NCBI GenBank assembly: GCA_964010765.1
Contig: CAXGMD010000016.1
Coordinates: 1-48,800, forward strand
DNA: 48,800 bases
Direction: 5' to 3'
DNA from: an uncultured bacterium
Lineage (GTDB): Bacteria; SAR324; NAC60-12
Both the position numbers and the translations under genes were made by a program. Each line of letters begins with the position of its first letter. Position 1 is the stretch's first letter. Below, in pieces: positions 38,928-48,406 of the stretch. A model generated the notes under the pieces. That model did not search any database, was not told where the DNA came from, and was given only the letters and a program-made list of their open reading frames with translations.

Positions 38928-40247
38928 TCAGAGGTACTTTTCACGTATCGGAGAAACTGCGTTCTCGTGGGAGGAAAACCCCTCATAGTGGGCCAGAACC
39001 TTAGCTCTTTTGGCAAGTTCTGGATAAGCTGGAGGAGTAACATATCCTATCGAACTTCGCTTCATAAAGTCGTGAACAGAAAGCGGTCCAAAGGTTTTGG
39101 CACCCTGACTTGTTGGCAACACAGCGTTGGGGCCGAGTGAGAAATTACCAATGCAGACTGGAGTATGAGGCCCCATTAAAATTTCTGCTGCCTCTGTAAT
39201 GTGGCCCAAGTGTGTGAATGGCTCTGTGGAAAGCAGTTCCAAGTGTTCTGGAGCATAGTCATTTATGAATCGGTAGCTTTCCTCGACCGATGATGTCAGC
39301 AAAATTCCACCATAGGGACCTGTCAGCACAGTTTTAGAAAACTCTACCCGCTGTGCAGTCATCTTCGCCCAGTGATCAGGCAAAGCAGCCAGAGCCTCTT
39401 CCACCACACGGCGAGAGTGTGTGACTAAGTAAGCTGAGCTATCTGGTCCATGTTCTGCTTCAATCAGCAGATCTAGCGCAGCGAGTCCACCATGAACACT
39501 ATCGTCAGCAAATATAATTGCTTCGGACGGCCCAGCCGGCAAGCCAGGATCAATAATATCAGATAGCAATCGTTTAGCTGCCACGACCCAAGGACTACCT
39601 GGACCAACAATCTTAAGTGCTCGTTCAATAGTCTCAGTACCAAATGTAGCAGCAGCTACAGCTTGCGCACCTCCACACTTGTAGACAGTATCGACACCCG
39701 CAATACTTGCTGCTACAAGAGTTGCTGAATCCACAGATCCATTCGGTAATGGAGGGGTGAAAATCGCCAACTTTGGAACCTGAGCTACTACGCCCGGTAT
39801 TGCAGTCATCATCGTCACTGATGGAAAAGCACCCTTCCCACGCGGCACATAGATCGCGACAGAGCGAATTGGAGTTAGTCGATCTCCAGCATAAGCGCCC
39901 GGTCGAATCTCCTTCATCCACATAGTTTCTGGCTTCTGCTCCTCATGGAAGGTTCTGATATTGGTGATACCATAGCGAATCGCCTCAATGACTACCTCTT
40001 CGACTTCTTCAAACGCAGCAGCGAACTCCGCTTCACTTACCTTCAGAGCTTCCTTACTCAGCAGCGTAGAGCCATCTAATTGCTGGCCAAAACGAACTAG
40101 CGCTTCATCTCCTTCTAAACGCACCGCCTCGATGATAGGCTTCACCTTCTCCACAAAGCTTGAGAGATCAGCCTCTGAACGCTTTAGCAAAGCTTTATAA
40201 TCTGCGGCTGTCAGCTTACTAGTTTCGTGAAAGGATACCGTTGACAT
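38928..40247 (-). CDS. Histidinol dehydrogenase paralog with a divergent active site
   Basis: YVPRG, GGAQAVAA, KIVGPG, PAGPSE, AEHGPDS, APEHL are HisD-family motifs. It has DLLIEAEH and IGNF where canonical HisD has DLLSQAEH and AGDY. Confidence 0.9.
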   Translation of the reverse strand: MSTVSFHETSKLTAADYKALLKRSEADLSSFVEKVKPIIEAVRLEGDEALVRFGQQLDGSTLLSKEALKVSEAEFAAAFEEVEEVVIEAIRYGITNIRTFHEEQKPETMWMKEIRPGAYAGDRLTPIRSVAIYVPRGKGAFPSVTMMTAIPGVVAQVPKLAIFTPPLPNGSVDSATLVAASIAGVDTVYKCGGAQAVAAATFGTETIERALKIVGPGSPWVVAAKRLLSDIIDPGLPAGPSEAIIFADDSVHGGLAALDLLIEAEHGPDSSAYLVTHSRRVVEEALAALPDHWAKMTAQRVEFSKTVLTGPYGGILLTSSVEESYRFINDYAPEHLELLSTEPFTHLGHITEAAEILMGPHTPVCIGNFSLGPNAVLPTSQGAKTFGPLSVHDFMKRSSIGYVTPPAYPELAKRAKVLAHYEGFSSHENAVSPIREKYL

Positions 40248-40282
40248 GATGCAGTGCCTTTTTGAGTAAGTTTTGGTGACAG

Positions 40283-41083
40283 TCACTTCGATTTAAGAAA
40301 GATTTCTAAACCAACTATTTTGTCCAGTATGGCAATAGCCAACATCGCTACTGCAATAAAAACAACCGAGACAGCCGCTAGGTCTGGTGTAATAATCGAA
40401 CGGATAGAATTGTAGACTTGTACGGGGAGCGTGACAATTCGAGCATCTACAAGCAATAGGCTAACGAGAAATTCGTTCAGGGATAGAATGAACATCAGCA
40501 GAGAGCCTGTGATGATTCCCGGCATTACTGACGGCAAGGTCACATAGAAAAAAGTTTGAACCGGACCAGCACCGCAACTTTGGGCAGCAAGTTCCAGATC
40601 AGGATCTAGGCCTGTAGCACTTGAGGAAACTGCCCAAATCATGAAAGGGAGATTGATCACAGCGGTAGCTACGCCAACCGGCCAAAGGCTCCCAAGAATA
40701 CCGACTTCACCAAAGACCAACATCAATCCGATTCCCGATCCAATCAGTGGGATTGTGAAAGGTAACAGGAGATAGGTCTGAATCAAAGCACCCTTGCGTA
40801 ATCGATACTTTACTAGGGCAATCCCCGCCAAGGTCCCCGCAGGCAAAGAGATAAGCACACAAATTATGGCCACCCAGATTGAACGTATAAATGCATCCTG
40901 CAATTCCTGCTTTTCCACGAGAGCTTTGTACCACTTCAAGGACAACCCATCCGGAGGGAAAACAATAATATTTCCAGAAGTCAGGGAAGCTCCAAGCACA
41001 ACAAGTGTTGGTGCAGAGAGAGTAATGATCGAGATAACGATTAGTATCCAGAAAAATAGTTTCTGGGCAACTGGCTGGTTCAT
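40283..41083 (-). CDS. ABC permease (PotC-like)
   Basis: FPPDGLSLKWY, LELAAQSCGA EAA loop, FILSLNEF, TLPV. Confidence 0.92.
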   Translation of the reverse strand: MNQPVAQKLFFWILIVISIITLSAPTLVVLGASLTSGNIIVFPPDGLSLKWYKALVEKQELQDAFIRSIWVAIICVLISLPAGTLAGIALVKYRLRKGALIQTYLLLPFTIPLIGSGIGLMLVFGEVGILGSLWPVGVATAVINLPFMIWAVSSSATGLDPDLELAAQSCGAGPVQTFFYVTLPSVMPGIITGSLLMFILSLNEFLVSLLLVDARIVTLPVQVYNSIRSIITPDLAAVSVVFIAVAMLAIAILDKIVGLEIFLKSK

Positions 41084-42024
41084 TTATCTTTTGCGCCCAA
41101 GGCTAGTGTCCCTGCACCAACCAACATAAAAATAATCCAAACTAAGAGTGAACCAATTGCAATCAATAACACGGCCAGACTGGAACCAAATCCCTGATCG
41201 GACGTCCGGAAAAACTGGTCATAGATTGCGTTCGCCACAAAATCCTGAGTTCCACCACCAAGAATAGCTGGCATCGCAAAATCTGTCAGAGAGAGAGTCA
41301 AGACCACCAAACCCGCACCGATTAGACCGGACTTAGCCATGGGAAGTATCACATAAAGCATTGTTTCCTGCCAGGAAGCCCCAAGAGATTCAGCAGCAGC
41401 TTCAATTTCTTCAGGAATTGCGGTTAGTGCTGGAGCCAACATCAATACGGCAAATGGAAACATGTACTGTACAAGCCCAAACAGAACCGAAGGATAGTTG
41501 AAAAGCATGCGTAGTGGTTCAATACCAATCAACCCCAGTATATCGTTCACTATCCCTTGTTTGCCCAGAATAATAAGCCATCCATAAGCGCGTACTACTT
41601 GTCCAATGAAAAAAGGCAAAAATAGAGCAATTAGCAAGAATTTTCGTAGAAATGCACTACGCGTTCTTACCATAATGTAGGTATAGGGGAAGGCCAGTAG
41701 CAATGTAGTCATGGTAACGATAGTTGCACCAAGAATACTTCGCCAAATGACAGATCGAATGAATGGCTCTGTCAGTGCGCGCTCGTAGTTTGCCAGTGAC
41801 CACTCCTCCGAGAAAAGGAAGGTGCTCGTGTCAAGAGTTCTTAAAGAAGTGTCACCAATATAAGCAAGTCCTAGAACAAGCAGACCAACTAACAAAATTG
41901 CAGGACTCAACATTAGATAAGGCCCCCAGAAGCCTCCTTTTTTGGGCCAAATTTTACTGAAAGCAGCTTCTAGGATATCCATCAAGTGCCAAGTCAACGG
42001 ATAGCAAGATAGATTACGTCTCAT
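41080..42024 (-). CDS. ABC permease (PotB-like)
   Basis: VVRAYGWLIILG..G, IEAAAESLGA, PAILGGG. Confidence 0.92.
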   Translation of the reverse strand: MRRNLSCYPLTWHLMDILEAAFSKIWPKKGGFWGPYLMLSPAILLVGLLVLGLAYIGDTSLRTLDTSTFLFSEEWSLANYERALTEPFIRSVIWRSILGATIVTMTTLLLAFPYTYIMVRTRSAFLRKFLLIALFLPFFIGQVVRAYGWLIILGKQGIVNDILGLIGIEPLRMLFNYPSVLFGLVQYMFPFAVLMLAPALTAIPEEIEAAAESLGASWQETMLYVILPMAKSGLIGAGLVVLTLSLTDFAMPAILGGGTQDFVANAIYDQFFRTSDQGFGSSLAVLLIAIGSLLVWIIFMLVGAGTLALGAKDK

Positions 42025-42047
42025 TAGTTTTCGATCGATCTATGAGA

Positions 42048-42078
42048 CCACTGGAACTTCAAACCTAAAGCCCAGTGG
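42048..42078 (-). other. Intra-operon stem-loop downstream of the SBP gene
   Basis: CCACTGG...CCAGTGG inverted repeat with extra wobble pairing on the minus strand. This is the typical position of an SBP mRNA stabiliser. Confidence 0.45.
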
Positions 42079-42093
42079 CTAAACTTTTCAGAA

Positions 42094-43194
42094 TCACCCC
42101 TGCATAATCGCCTTGAACTTCGAGAACCACTCGCTCTCGTTTTCTACCTGGATCTTGCCTGAGATACGGATCAGCCGATCAAAGTCAGCCGGTTTAGTTG
42201 GATAGGAAGGATCTCCAGCTAATCCTGGTGGCGGTCGCAATCCAGGGATGACTCCGGGCAATCCTAAACCATCCAGCCAAATCTGCTGAGATTCCTTACT
42301 TAGAGCGTGGTTGATGTATTCTCTGGACCAGTACAAATCTCCTTCAGAGTGCCCTTTAGGAATCCACAGCCCATCTGTATCAAACTTGGCGCCCTCCTTT
42401 GGAATCGTCCAAGCGATATCTACTCCATTTCTTTTGGCTCCTAGTGCGTTTGTTGAAATCGTACATGCTGCGTCAATTTCTCCATTCTGGAACCACGTCA
42501 CAAAATCAGGATCTTCTCCAAGTAATGGTTCTTGAGTTTTGATTTTAGACACAAAATCCCAGCAGGGTTGCATATTATTTGGGATACCATCTAATTTACC
42601 ACCGCCAGCGACCTGTGCTGGAAAGTGGAATCCAATCCCATCGTTGTAAAACGCTAGTCGTCCCTTAAATTTAGGGTCAAGCAGATCGTGATAGGATGCT
42701 GGTGGTCCACTTGGAAAGGCACTCGGCCGGTATGCTAACACATACACATACCCGTAAGTATTGACGATCGGATAGCCATCTACGCCCACAGGCTTTGCCA
42801 AGTCAGTGGTTCCTTTCAGATTGGGTAGGTCGGAAAGATCCTCACACACTCCACGAAGTGCCGACTTAGTAGCATTGGTCGTTGTGTCCCAATTGATATG
42901 GATTGGGGGAGTTCGCTTTTGAGCAACAGCAGCCCAAACCTTTGGTTGTATTTCATTATCCTCAGTCAAATCATGTCGTACTTTAATACCTGTCTTGGTC
43001 GTAAATGGATCTGAAACTCCAGCCTTCAGTGCTTCGACCCAAGGACCACCCCAAGCTCGGACAATAATCTCTGTTGGCTTGGCAGGTTCCGCTTTCAGTA
43101 AAGATGGTGCTACAGACCCAGCTGCACCAGCAATTCCCAGCATGGCTGAGGTCTTCAGTAAATCTCTCCGTTTGATCTGCTTGTCGAAAGTCAT
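42094..43194 (-). CDS. PotD/PotF-family ABC substrate-binding protein with Tat signal
   Basis: ATG 43194 with AGGAG. KRRDLLK twin-arginine leader; WGGPW, DLLDPKFKGR, PKEGA, YINHALS. Confidence 0.88.
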   Translation of the reverse strand: MTFDKQIKRRDLLKTSAMLGIAGAAGSVAPSLLKAEPAKPTEIIVRAWGGPWVEALKAGVSDPFTTKTGIKVRHDLTEDNEIQPKVWAAVAQKRTPPIHINWDTTTNATKSALRGVCEDLSDLPNLKGTTDLAKPVGVDGYPIVNTYGYVYVLAYRPSAFPSGPPASYHDLLDPKFKGRLAFYNDGIGFHFPAQVAGGGKLDGIPNNMQPCWDFVSKIKTQEPLLGEDPDFVTWFQNGEIDAACTISTNALGAKRNGVDIAWTIPKEGAKFDTDGLWIPKGHSEGDLYWSREYINHALSKESQQIWLDGLGLPGVIPGLRPPPGLAGDPSYPTKPADFDRLIRISGKIQVENESEWFSKFKAIMQG

Positions 43195-43239
43195 ACTCAA
43201 CTCCTGATTCTGGTTAAGACTCGGCTGTTGCCAAGTTAA

Positions 43240-44346
43240 TCAATCCACGACAAAGACATGCATGTCGCGGCTCTGCCATCCAACAAAGACCATCTCTCCT
43301 ACTTCGAATGTTGAGAAGTCTTGCTGGTCATGGTGAATGATCCTGATGGGCGCATCAGATAACGCTGCCACCGAAAGTTCATAGAGAATCCGTTCTCCCT
43401 CAAAAATAACATCCGTTACTCGACCCTCAAAATAAGCCTCACATTCTCTGTTTTCTGATTTTCCACGAAACAGTCGAATCTGTTCTGCACGGATAGCAGC
43501 CTGCACTGAAACTCCCTGGGTCAGCGCAGAGTTCTCACTCTTTGAAGTACCAAGCAGTGTCTGCTGACTGATTCTGATTGCTACCTGCTGTCCCTTTAGA
43601 GACTCCAGCATCCCATGGAATAGGTTAGTTACCCCTACAAAATTAGCTACAAAAGGATTTGATGGAGAACGGTAAACTTCCAAGGGGGTAGCATTCTGCT
43701 GGATTTCTCCATAATTCATCACAATGATCTGATCAGAAACCACCAGTGCTTCTCGCTGATCATGGGTAACATTTATCGTGGTGACACCGAGTTCCTTCTG
43801 AATTCTCCGAAACTCTAATTGCATTTCTTCACGTAACTTGCGATCCAAGGCCGCTAGTGGTTCGTCCAAAAGGAGTAAGTCTGGTTCAAAAACCAAGGCT
43901 CGAGCAATCGCCACACGCTGCTGCTGCCCTCCTGAAAGTTCATTGATCTTACGACTACCAAGCCCCTCCAAACGCACAAGGTGCAAGTATTCTTTCACCC
44001 GGTCAGAGATCGTACGGGCGTTAAACCTGCGCATTTTCAACGGAAACGCTACATTTTCCGCTGCGGTCATGTGTGGGAATAAAGCAAGGCGTTGGAATAC
44101 CATCCCAATCGAGCGTTTGTTGGGAGCTAATTCCCTAACAGTTTGTCCCTTGATAAAAATTTCGCCCTGATCTGGTTGCTGAAAACCGGCGATCAGCCTG
44201 AGTAAAGTTGTTTTTCCAGAGCCCGAGGGGCCCAAAACTGTGAGAAAACGGCCCTCCTCCAGTTCAAAACAGACGTTCTTAACGGCATGTACATCACCAA
44301 ACTGTAAACAGACGTTTGAAGCAGAAACTGCAGAAACTTTATTCAA
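43240..44346 (-). CDS. ABC ATP-binding protein (PotA-like)
   Basis: GPSGSGKTT, ALFPHMT, LSGGQQQRVAIARAL, DEPLAALD, VTHDQ. Confidence 0.93.
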   Translation of the reverse strand: MNKVSAVSASNVCLQFGDVHAVKNVCFELEEGRFLTVLGPSGSGKTTLLRLIAGFQQPDQGEIFIKGQTVRELAPNKRSIGMVFQRLALFPHMTAAENVAFPLKMRRFNARTISDRVKEYLHLVRLEGLGSRKINELSGGQQQRVAIARALVFEPDLLLLDEPLAALDRKLREEMQLEFRRIQKELGVTTINVTHDQREALVVSDQIIVMNYGEIQQNATPLEVYRSPSNPFVANFVGVTNLFHGMLESLKGQQVAIRISQQTLLGTSKSENSALTQGVSVQAAIRAEQIRLFRGKSENRECEAYFEGRVTDVIFEGERILYELSVAALSDAPIRIIHHDQQDFSTFEVGEMVFVGWQSRDMHVFVVD

Positions 44347-44421
44347 AGTAAGAAATTTGGGCTAGAGTCATTCACTGGCAGTTCAATCCAAGATGTTGTT
44401 GTAGGACAATGGAGACAGCCT

Positions 44422-45192
44422 TCAAATGGACGCGAGATAGCCTCCATCGATTGCCAAACATTGGCCGGTGATATACTTTGCGGCATCACTAACAAGGAAG
44501 ACAACCGCACCTTTAAGGTCGTTTGCATTGCCAAAGCTATTCAGCGGGATTTTCTGCAGCATAGCTTCTTGCCAAGCCTGTTCACGATAAAAGGCCTCCG
44601 TCAACTCCGTCCTGAAGTAACCTGGCGCAATCGCATTGACTCGAATTTGCTCACTTGCCCATTCTGTTGAGAGCGCACGTGTCATGCCCAATAGTCCCGA
44701 CTTGGAGGAACCGTAAGGCACTGCCGTTGGCACACCAACATATGATGTCAGGGAACATACATTAACAATGGCACCACCTCTGCTGGAACGTACCATACTG
44801 TGAGCAGCAACTTGGGCAGCAAAAAAGGCTCCCTTGAGATTAGTTTCCATGATAGTGTCCCAGGTTTCCTCAGTCAGTTCATAGGAGGGACACACTTGTT
44901 CGTAGCCTGCATTATTGACGAGGATGTCTATTTCTCCAGCCTGCTGAGCAACTGTCTGAAGTCTATTCCTCATTGCGGGTACGTCACGAACATCTAACTC
45001 TATTTGTCGGGACTCGCCTCCGAAATCGGAGATCCGAGATTGTGTTTCCTCAAGTGCTTTCAAAGAACGGGAGGTGATTACTACTGTTGCACCCGCCTCC
45101 GCTAAGCCAATTGCGATTGCCTGGCCAAGTCCTCGACTAGCTCCCGTAACAATTGCATTTTTTCCTGATAGGTCAATGGTGAAACCTTTCAC
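44422..45192 (-). CDS. SDR oxidoreductase (KduD/gluconate-5-dehydrogenase-like)
   Basis: TGASRGLG, NNAG, YGSSKSG, RVNAIAPGYF, DGGYLA. Confidence 0.9.
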   Translation of the reverse strand: MKGFTIDLSGKNAIVTGASRGLGQAIAIGLAEAGATVVITSRSLKALEETQSRISDFGGESRQIELDVRDVPAMRNRLQTVAQQAGEIDILVNNAGYEQVCPSYELTEETWDTIMETNLKGAFFAAQVAAHSMVRSSRGGAIVNVCSLTSYVGVPTAVPYGSSKSGLLGMTRALSTEWASEQIRVNAIAPGYFRTELTEAFYREQAWQEAMLQKIPLNSFGNANDLKGAVVFLVSDAAKYITGQCLAIDGGYLASI

Positions 45193-45273
45193 TTGAAAGT
45201 CTCCTTACAGAAAAACAATCAAATAGATAAGCATGTCTTTAACAATAAAAATCTCTGAACAAAATAGATTCCA

Positions 45274-46386
45274 ATGAAACCACTTGAAAAGATTTTGCGC
45301 CCCGAACTCATGGAAATACCCCCATACAACGTGGGGCTTGGGCTGAACGAGGTAAAATCACGTTATGGAGTAACTGCAGTTGCAAAACTGTCCTCAAATG
45401 AGAATCCAACTGGCCCAGCACCACAGGTTTTAGAGTGTCTCTCCCAAACTAGTTCGGAACTGTATCTTTATCCCGACAGTGAGGCTCTTTTGCTGCGCAA
45501 GGCAATTGCTCGACGCTTAAATGTCTCTGAAAAGCGAATAATTTTTGGCAACGGTTCAGAAGAATTAATTTCGATTATCTGTCGAAGTGTTGTCAATCCA
45601 GGCGATCGAGTTGTTACTCTCTATCCTTCCTTCCCACTGCATGAAGATTATACCAAGTTGATGGGAGGTTCTGTCGAAAGACTGGCGATAAATGACAAAC
45701 TCCGGATTGATCTAACCAAACTTATCGAGAGGGCTGCACAACCAGCCAAATTACTCATTTTTGCCAATCCGATGAACCCTAGTGGAAGTTGGCTAAACCC
45801 TGAACAACTGAGACAATTGTTTGCAGCCAAGCATCCAGAGACTATGCTCGTGCTTGACGAAGCTTATCACGAATACGCAGTTCATGGAAACTACACCAGT
45901 GGTCTCGACCTCACGGAACTGATGCCAGGACATTGGGTAGTACTTAGAACATTTTCTAAGAGTTGGGGGCTTGCGGGGCTCCGAATCGGCTTTGGCATAT
46001 GTAGTTCAACAGAACTTTGCCAAGCACTGGACCGAACGCGTACTCCCTTCAATACCAATCAATTGGCCCAGATAGCTGCGAAAGCCGCCTTGGATCACGA
46101 GGATTACATGCTCCACAGTGTTCAACAAACAATCCTACAACGCGAGCGTCTTGCTAAAGAACTCCGATCTCGTGGTTACCAAGTCGGAGAATCTCTCGGG
46201 AATTTCCTATTCATCAATATCAATCACTCTTCAATAAAATTTGCAGAAGAACTCCTTAAACTAGGTACAATTGTTAAGCCCTGGCTTCAGCCGGGTTATG
46301 ACACTTTCCTTCGTGTGTCGATTGGCACACCAGTAGAAAATGAAAAATTTCTGGTGGATCTGGATCAGATAGAGGCTTTTCGATAA
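45274..46386 (+). CDS. hisC: Histidinol-phosphate aminotransferase (HisC)-family PLP enzyme
   Basis: KLSSNENP, YPD, GNGSEE, NPMNPSG, DEAY, RTFSKSWGLAGLRIG, RVSIG. Confidence 0.85.
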   Translation: MKPLEKILRPELMEIPPYNVGLGLNEVKSRYGVTAVAKLSSNENPTGPAPQVLECLSQTSSELYLYPDSEALLLRKAIARRLNVSEKRIIFGNGSEELISIICRSVVNPGDRVVTLYPSFPLHEDYTKLMGGSVERLAINDKLRIDLTKLIERAAQPAKLLIFANPMNPSGSWLNPEQLRQLFAAKHPETMLVLDEAYHEYAVHGNYTSGLDLTELMPGHWVVLRTFSKSWGLAGLRIGFGICSSTELCQALDRTRTPFNTNQLAQIAAKAALDHEDYMLHSVQQTILQRERLAKELRSRGYQVGESLGNFLFININHSSIKFAEELLKLGTIVKPWLQPGYDTFLRVSIGTPVENEKFLVDLDQIEAFR

Positions 46387-46476
46387 AGAGATTGGCTCAG
46401 AAACTTTGTGAATCCATTTTTTTCAAGATATTTGCAAAAACTTCCAGCTTAACCATACTTTTTCAGTTATGCCTTT

Positions 46477-47625
46477 TTATTTTTGACGAACGTAGCGATC
46501 CCCAAACTGCTTTAGCTCATCAACACTAGGCACACCCATCAACTTCATTGTGATTGAAATTTCTTTGGCAAATATCTCAATTGCTTTTTCAACACCCGAC
46601 CTTCCGTCTGCAGCAAGTCCAAACGCATAAGCTCGACCCAACAGCACTCCACTAGCGCCCAAGGCTAGAGCAATTACCACCTCGGAACCACGGCGGAATC
46701 CACCATCAATCATCACACAATAATCTTTGCCAACTGCCTTACGAATTTCTGGCAAGATGGAGATCGTCGAATTGGCAAAATCTAATTGTCGGCCACCATG
46801 ATTCGATACAACAATAGCATCTGCTCCGTGATCTATGGCCTTAATTGCATCATCTGAATTAAGTATACCTTTCATCACCAGTCGTTTTTTCCAAACCTTG
46901 CGGAGCCACTTCATATCCTCCCAGATAATTGAAGAATCAAGCCTACCAGAAAGATTGGACGCCTGCTCTAGGATGCCTTTACCAAATTCAGGGTAGTTGG
47001 CCAACGCCTCTACACTTGGAATTCCGGATTGCCACATATCCCAGCACCAAAGTGGGCGCTGCATCATTGAAAATATTAGTGTTGGGTTGAGGCGCCTAAC
47101 CGCCCGAAATCCATTACGGACATCTCTTTCACGTACAGACGTTACTGCGGTATCAGCTGTGTAAAATAGAGTCTCAACTTTTGCATCTACAGCTGATTCC
47201 ACTAACTTTTCGACAAAAGATCGCTGGCAATCCATGTAGAGTTGGAATTGGAGTGTGCCCCCAACCTCCCTCTGCAGAGTCCCTAAACTTGCAATAGAAA
47301 AGGTTGAAAGACACAAAGGAATACCTTTTTCCTTGGCGGCTTCTGCGCAAAGAATTTCTCCCCGACCACGATAAAGTCCTAGGAAGCCAACCGGTCCGAG
47401 CATGATAGGAAGTGTGTGCCTAGTTCCAAGAAACTCACAACTCAAGTCTGGCATACCCTTTAATGCTAAAACTCTCTGAATTAGGCACCAATTGTCAAAA
47501 TCCTCATGATTACGCAGTGCCGTAGTGTCTGAAAACGCAGCCCCATCAATGTAGTCAAAAAATATTTTGGGTAATCGACGCTTTGCGTGCTTTCTCAGAT
47601 CTTCGACATTCACAATTGTTGTCAA
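46477..47625 (-). CDS. FMN-dependent alpha-hydroxy acid dehydrogenase/oxidase (LldD/mandelate dehydrogenase family)
   Basis: FFDYIDG, FQLY, RERD, KGIL, SNHGGRQLD, DGGFRRG, LGRAY. AGGAG upstream of the TTG start. Confidence 0.92.
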   Translation of the reverse strand: MTTIVNVEDLRKHAKRRLPKIFFDYIDGAAFSDTTALRNHEDFDNWCLIQRVLALKGMPDLSCEFLGTRHTLPIMLGPVGFLGLYRGRGEILCAEAAKEKGIPLCLSTFSIASLGTLQREVGGTLQFQLYMDCQRSFVEKLVESAVDAKVETLFYTADTAVTSVRERDVRNGFRAVRRLNPTLIFSMMQRPLWCWDMWQSGIPSVEALANYPEFGKGILEQASNLSGRLDSSIIWEDMKWLRKVWKKRLVMKGILNSDDAIKAIDHGADAIVVSNHGGRQLDFANSTISILPEIRKAVGKDYCVMIDGGFRRGSEVVIALALGASGVLLGRAYAFGLAADGRSGVEKAIEIFAKEISITMKLMGVPSVDELKQFGDRYVRQK

Positions 47626-47734
47626 CTTATTCTCCTTTTACAGTTAATAAAATCGTTAATATCTGCTGGATAATCTGATGCTAGGATGAAAAATTTGGTA
47701 AGCTACTAAGTAAATAAAAATGGTAGAAATGATG

Positions 47735-47764
47735 TTGACAATCAAGAAAGTAAGTCACCATGAT
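47735..47764 (+). promoter_or_regulatory. Candidate sigma70 promoter for the cytochrome genes
   Basis: TTGACA at 47735, 18-nt spacer, CATGAT at 47759. Confidence 0.3.
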
Positions 47765-47950
47765 TTTTTTAGGCTGCAAAAAAACTCCACAGAGAGTCCT
47801 TGATTTATTGTCAGTTACGATCACCATTATTGGGTAGGTTGTATCCCTTGAATCACAACGAGGTATTCAGACACATTGAAGTTAGAATCTCTGCAGGGCT
47901 CCGTTGCCCATCACCAAATGCCTTTTTAAACCAACTCTAATCGAGTCACC

Positions 47951-48406
47951 ATGTTTCAACCCAAGCACCTATTGATTGCAATTATACTTGGAGGGCTTTT
48001 CATCCCCTCTGTTTCCTGGGCAGATAACACGGATGATATCATCAAATATCGGAAGGCAGTCTATACCTCTATGCGGGGACACATTGGAGCAATCTCCAGA
48101 ATTGTCCGTGCTGGACTTGGAGACTACAAAGGACACATTACAGATCACGCAGTCGCAATCCAGAATGCAGCGAAGATTGTCCCCTCAATGTTTCCAGAAG
48201 GATCTGACTTTGGTGATACTGGGGCCTTGGAGAGCATCTGGACAGATCAAAAGGGCTTTGAAAAAGCCTCCCAGCGCCTAGTAGATGCTAGTGGAGAACT
48301 GGTGACTGTTTCCCAATCCGGAGACATGAAAGCCATCGGTAAAGCTGTTGGTGCTGTTGGAGGAGCTTGCAAAAACTGCCACGACAACTACCGCGCCTCC
48401 AATTGA
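47951..48406 (+). CDS. Class II cytochrome c (cytochrome c'/c556)
   Basis: Signal peptide, helical sequence, FPEGS, IW, C-terminal CKNCH...YR. Confidence 0.92.
   Translation: MFQPKHLLIAIILGGLFIPSVSWADNTDDIIKYRKAVYTSMRGHIGAISRIVRAGLGDYKGHITDHAVAIQNAAKIVPSMFPEGSDFGDTGALESIWTDQKGFEKASQRLVDASGELVTVSQSGDMKAIGKAVGAVGGACKNCHDNYRASN

Noticed and set aside
38928..46386. hisD and hisC as part of a housekeeping histidine operon
   Set aside because: No hisG/B/H/A/F/I nearby, an importer lies between them, and HisD active-site residues are altered.
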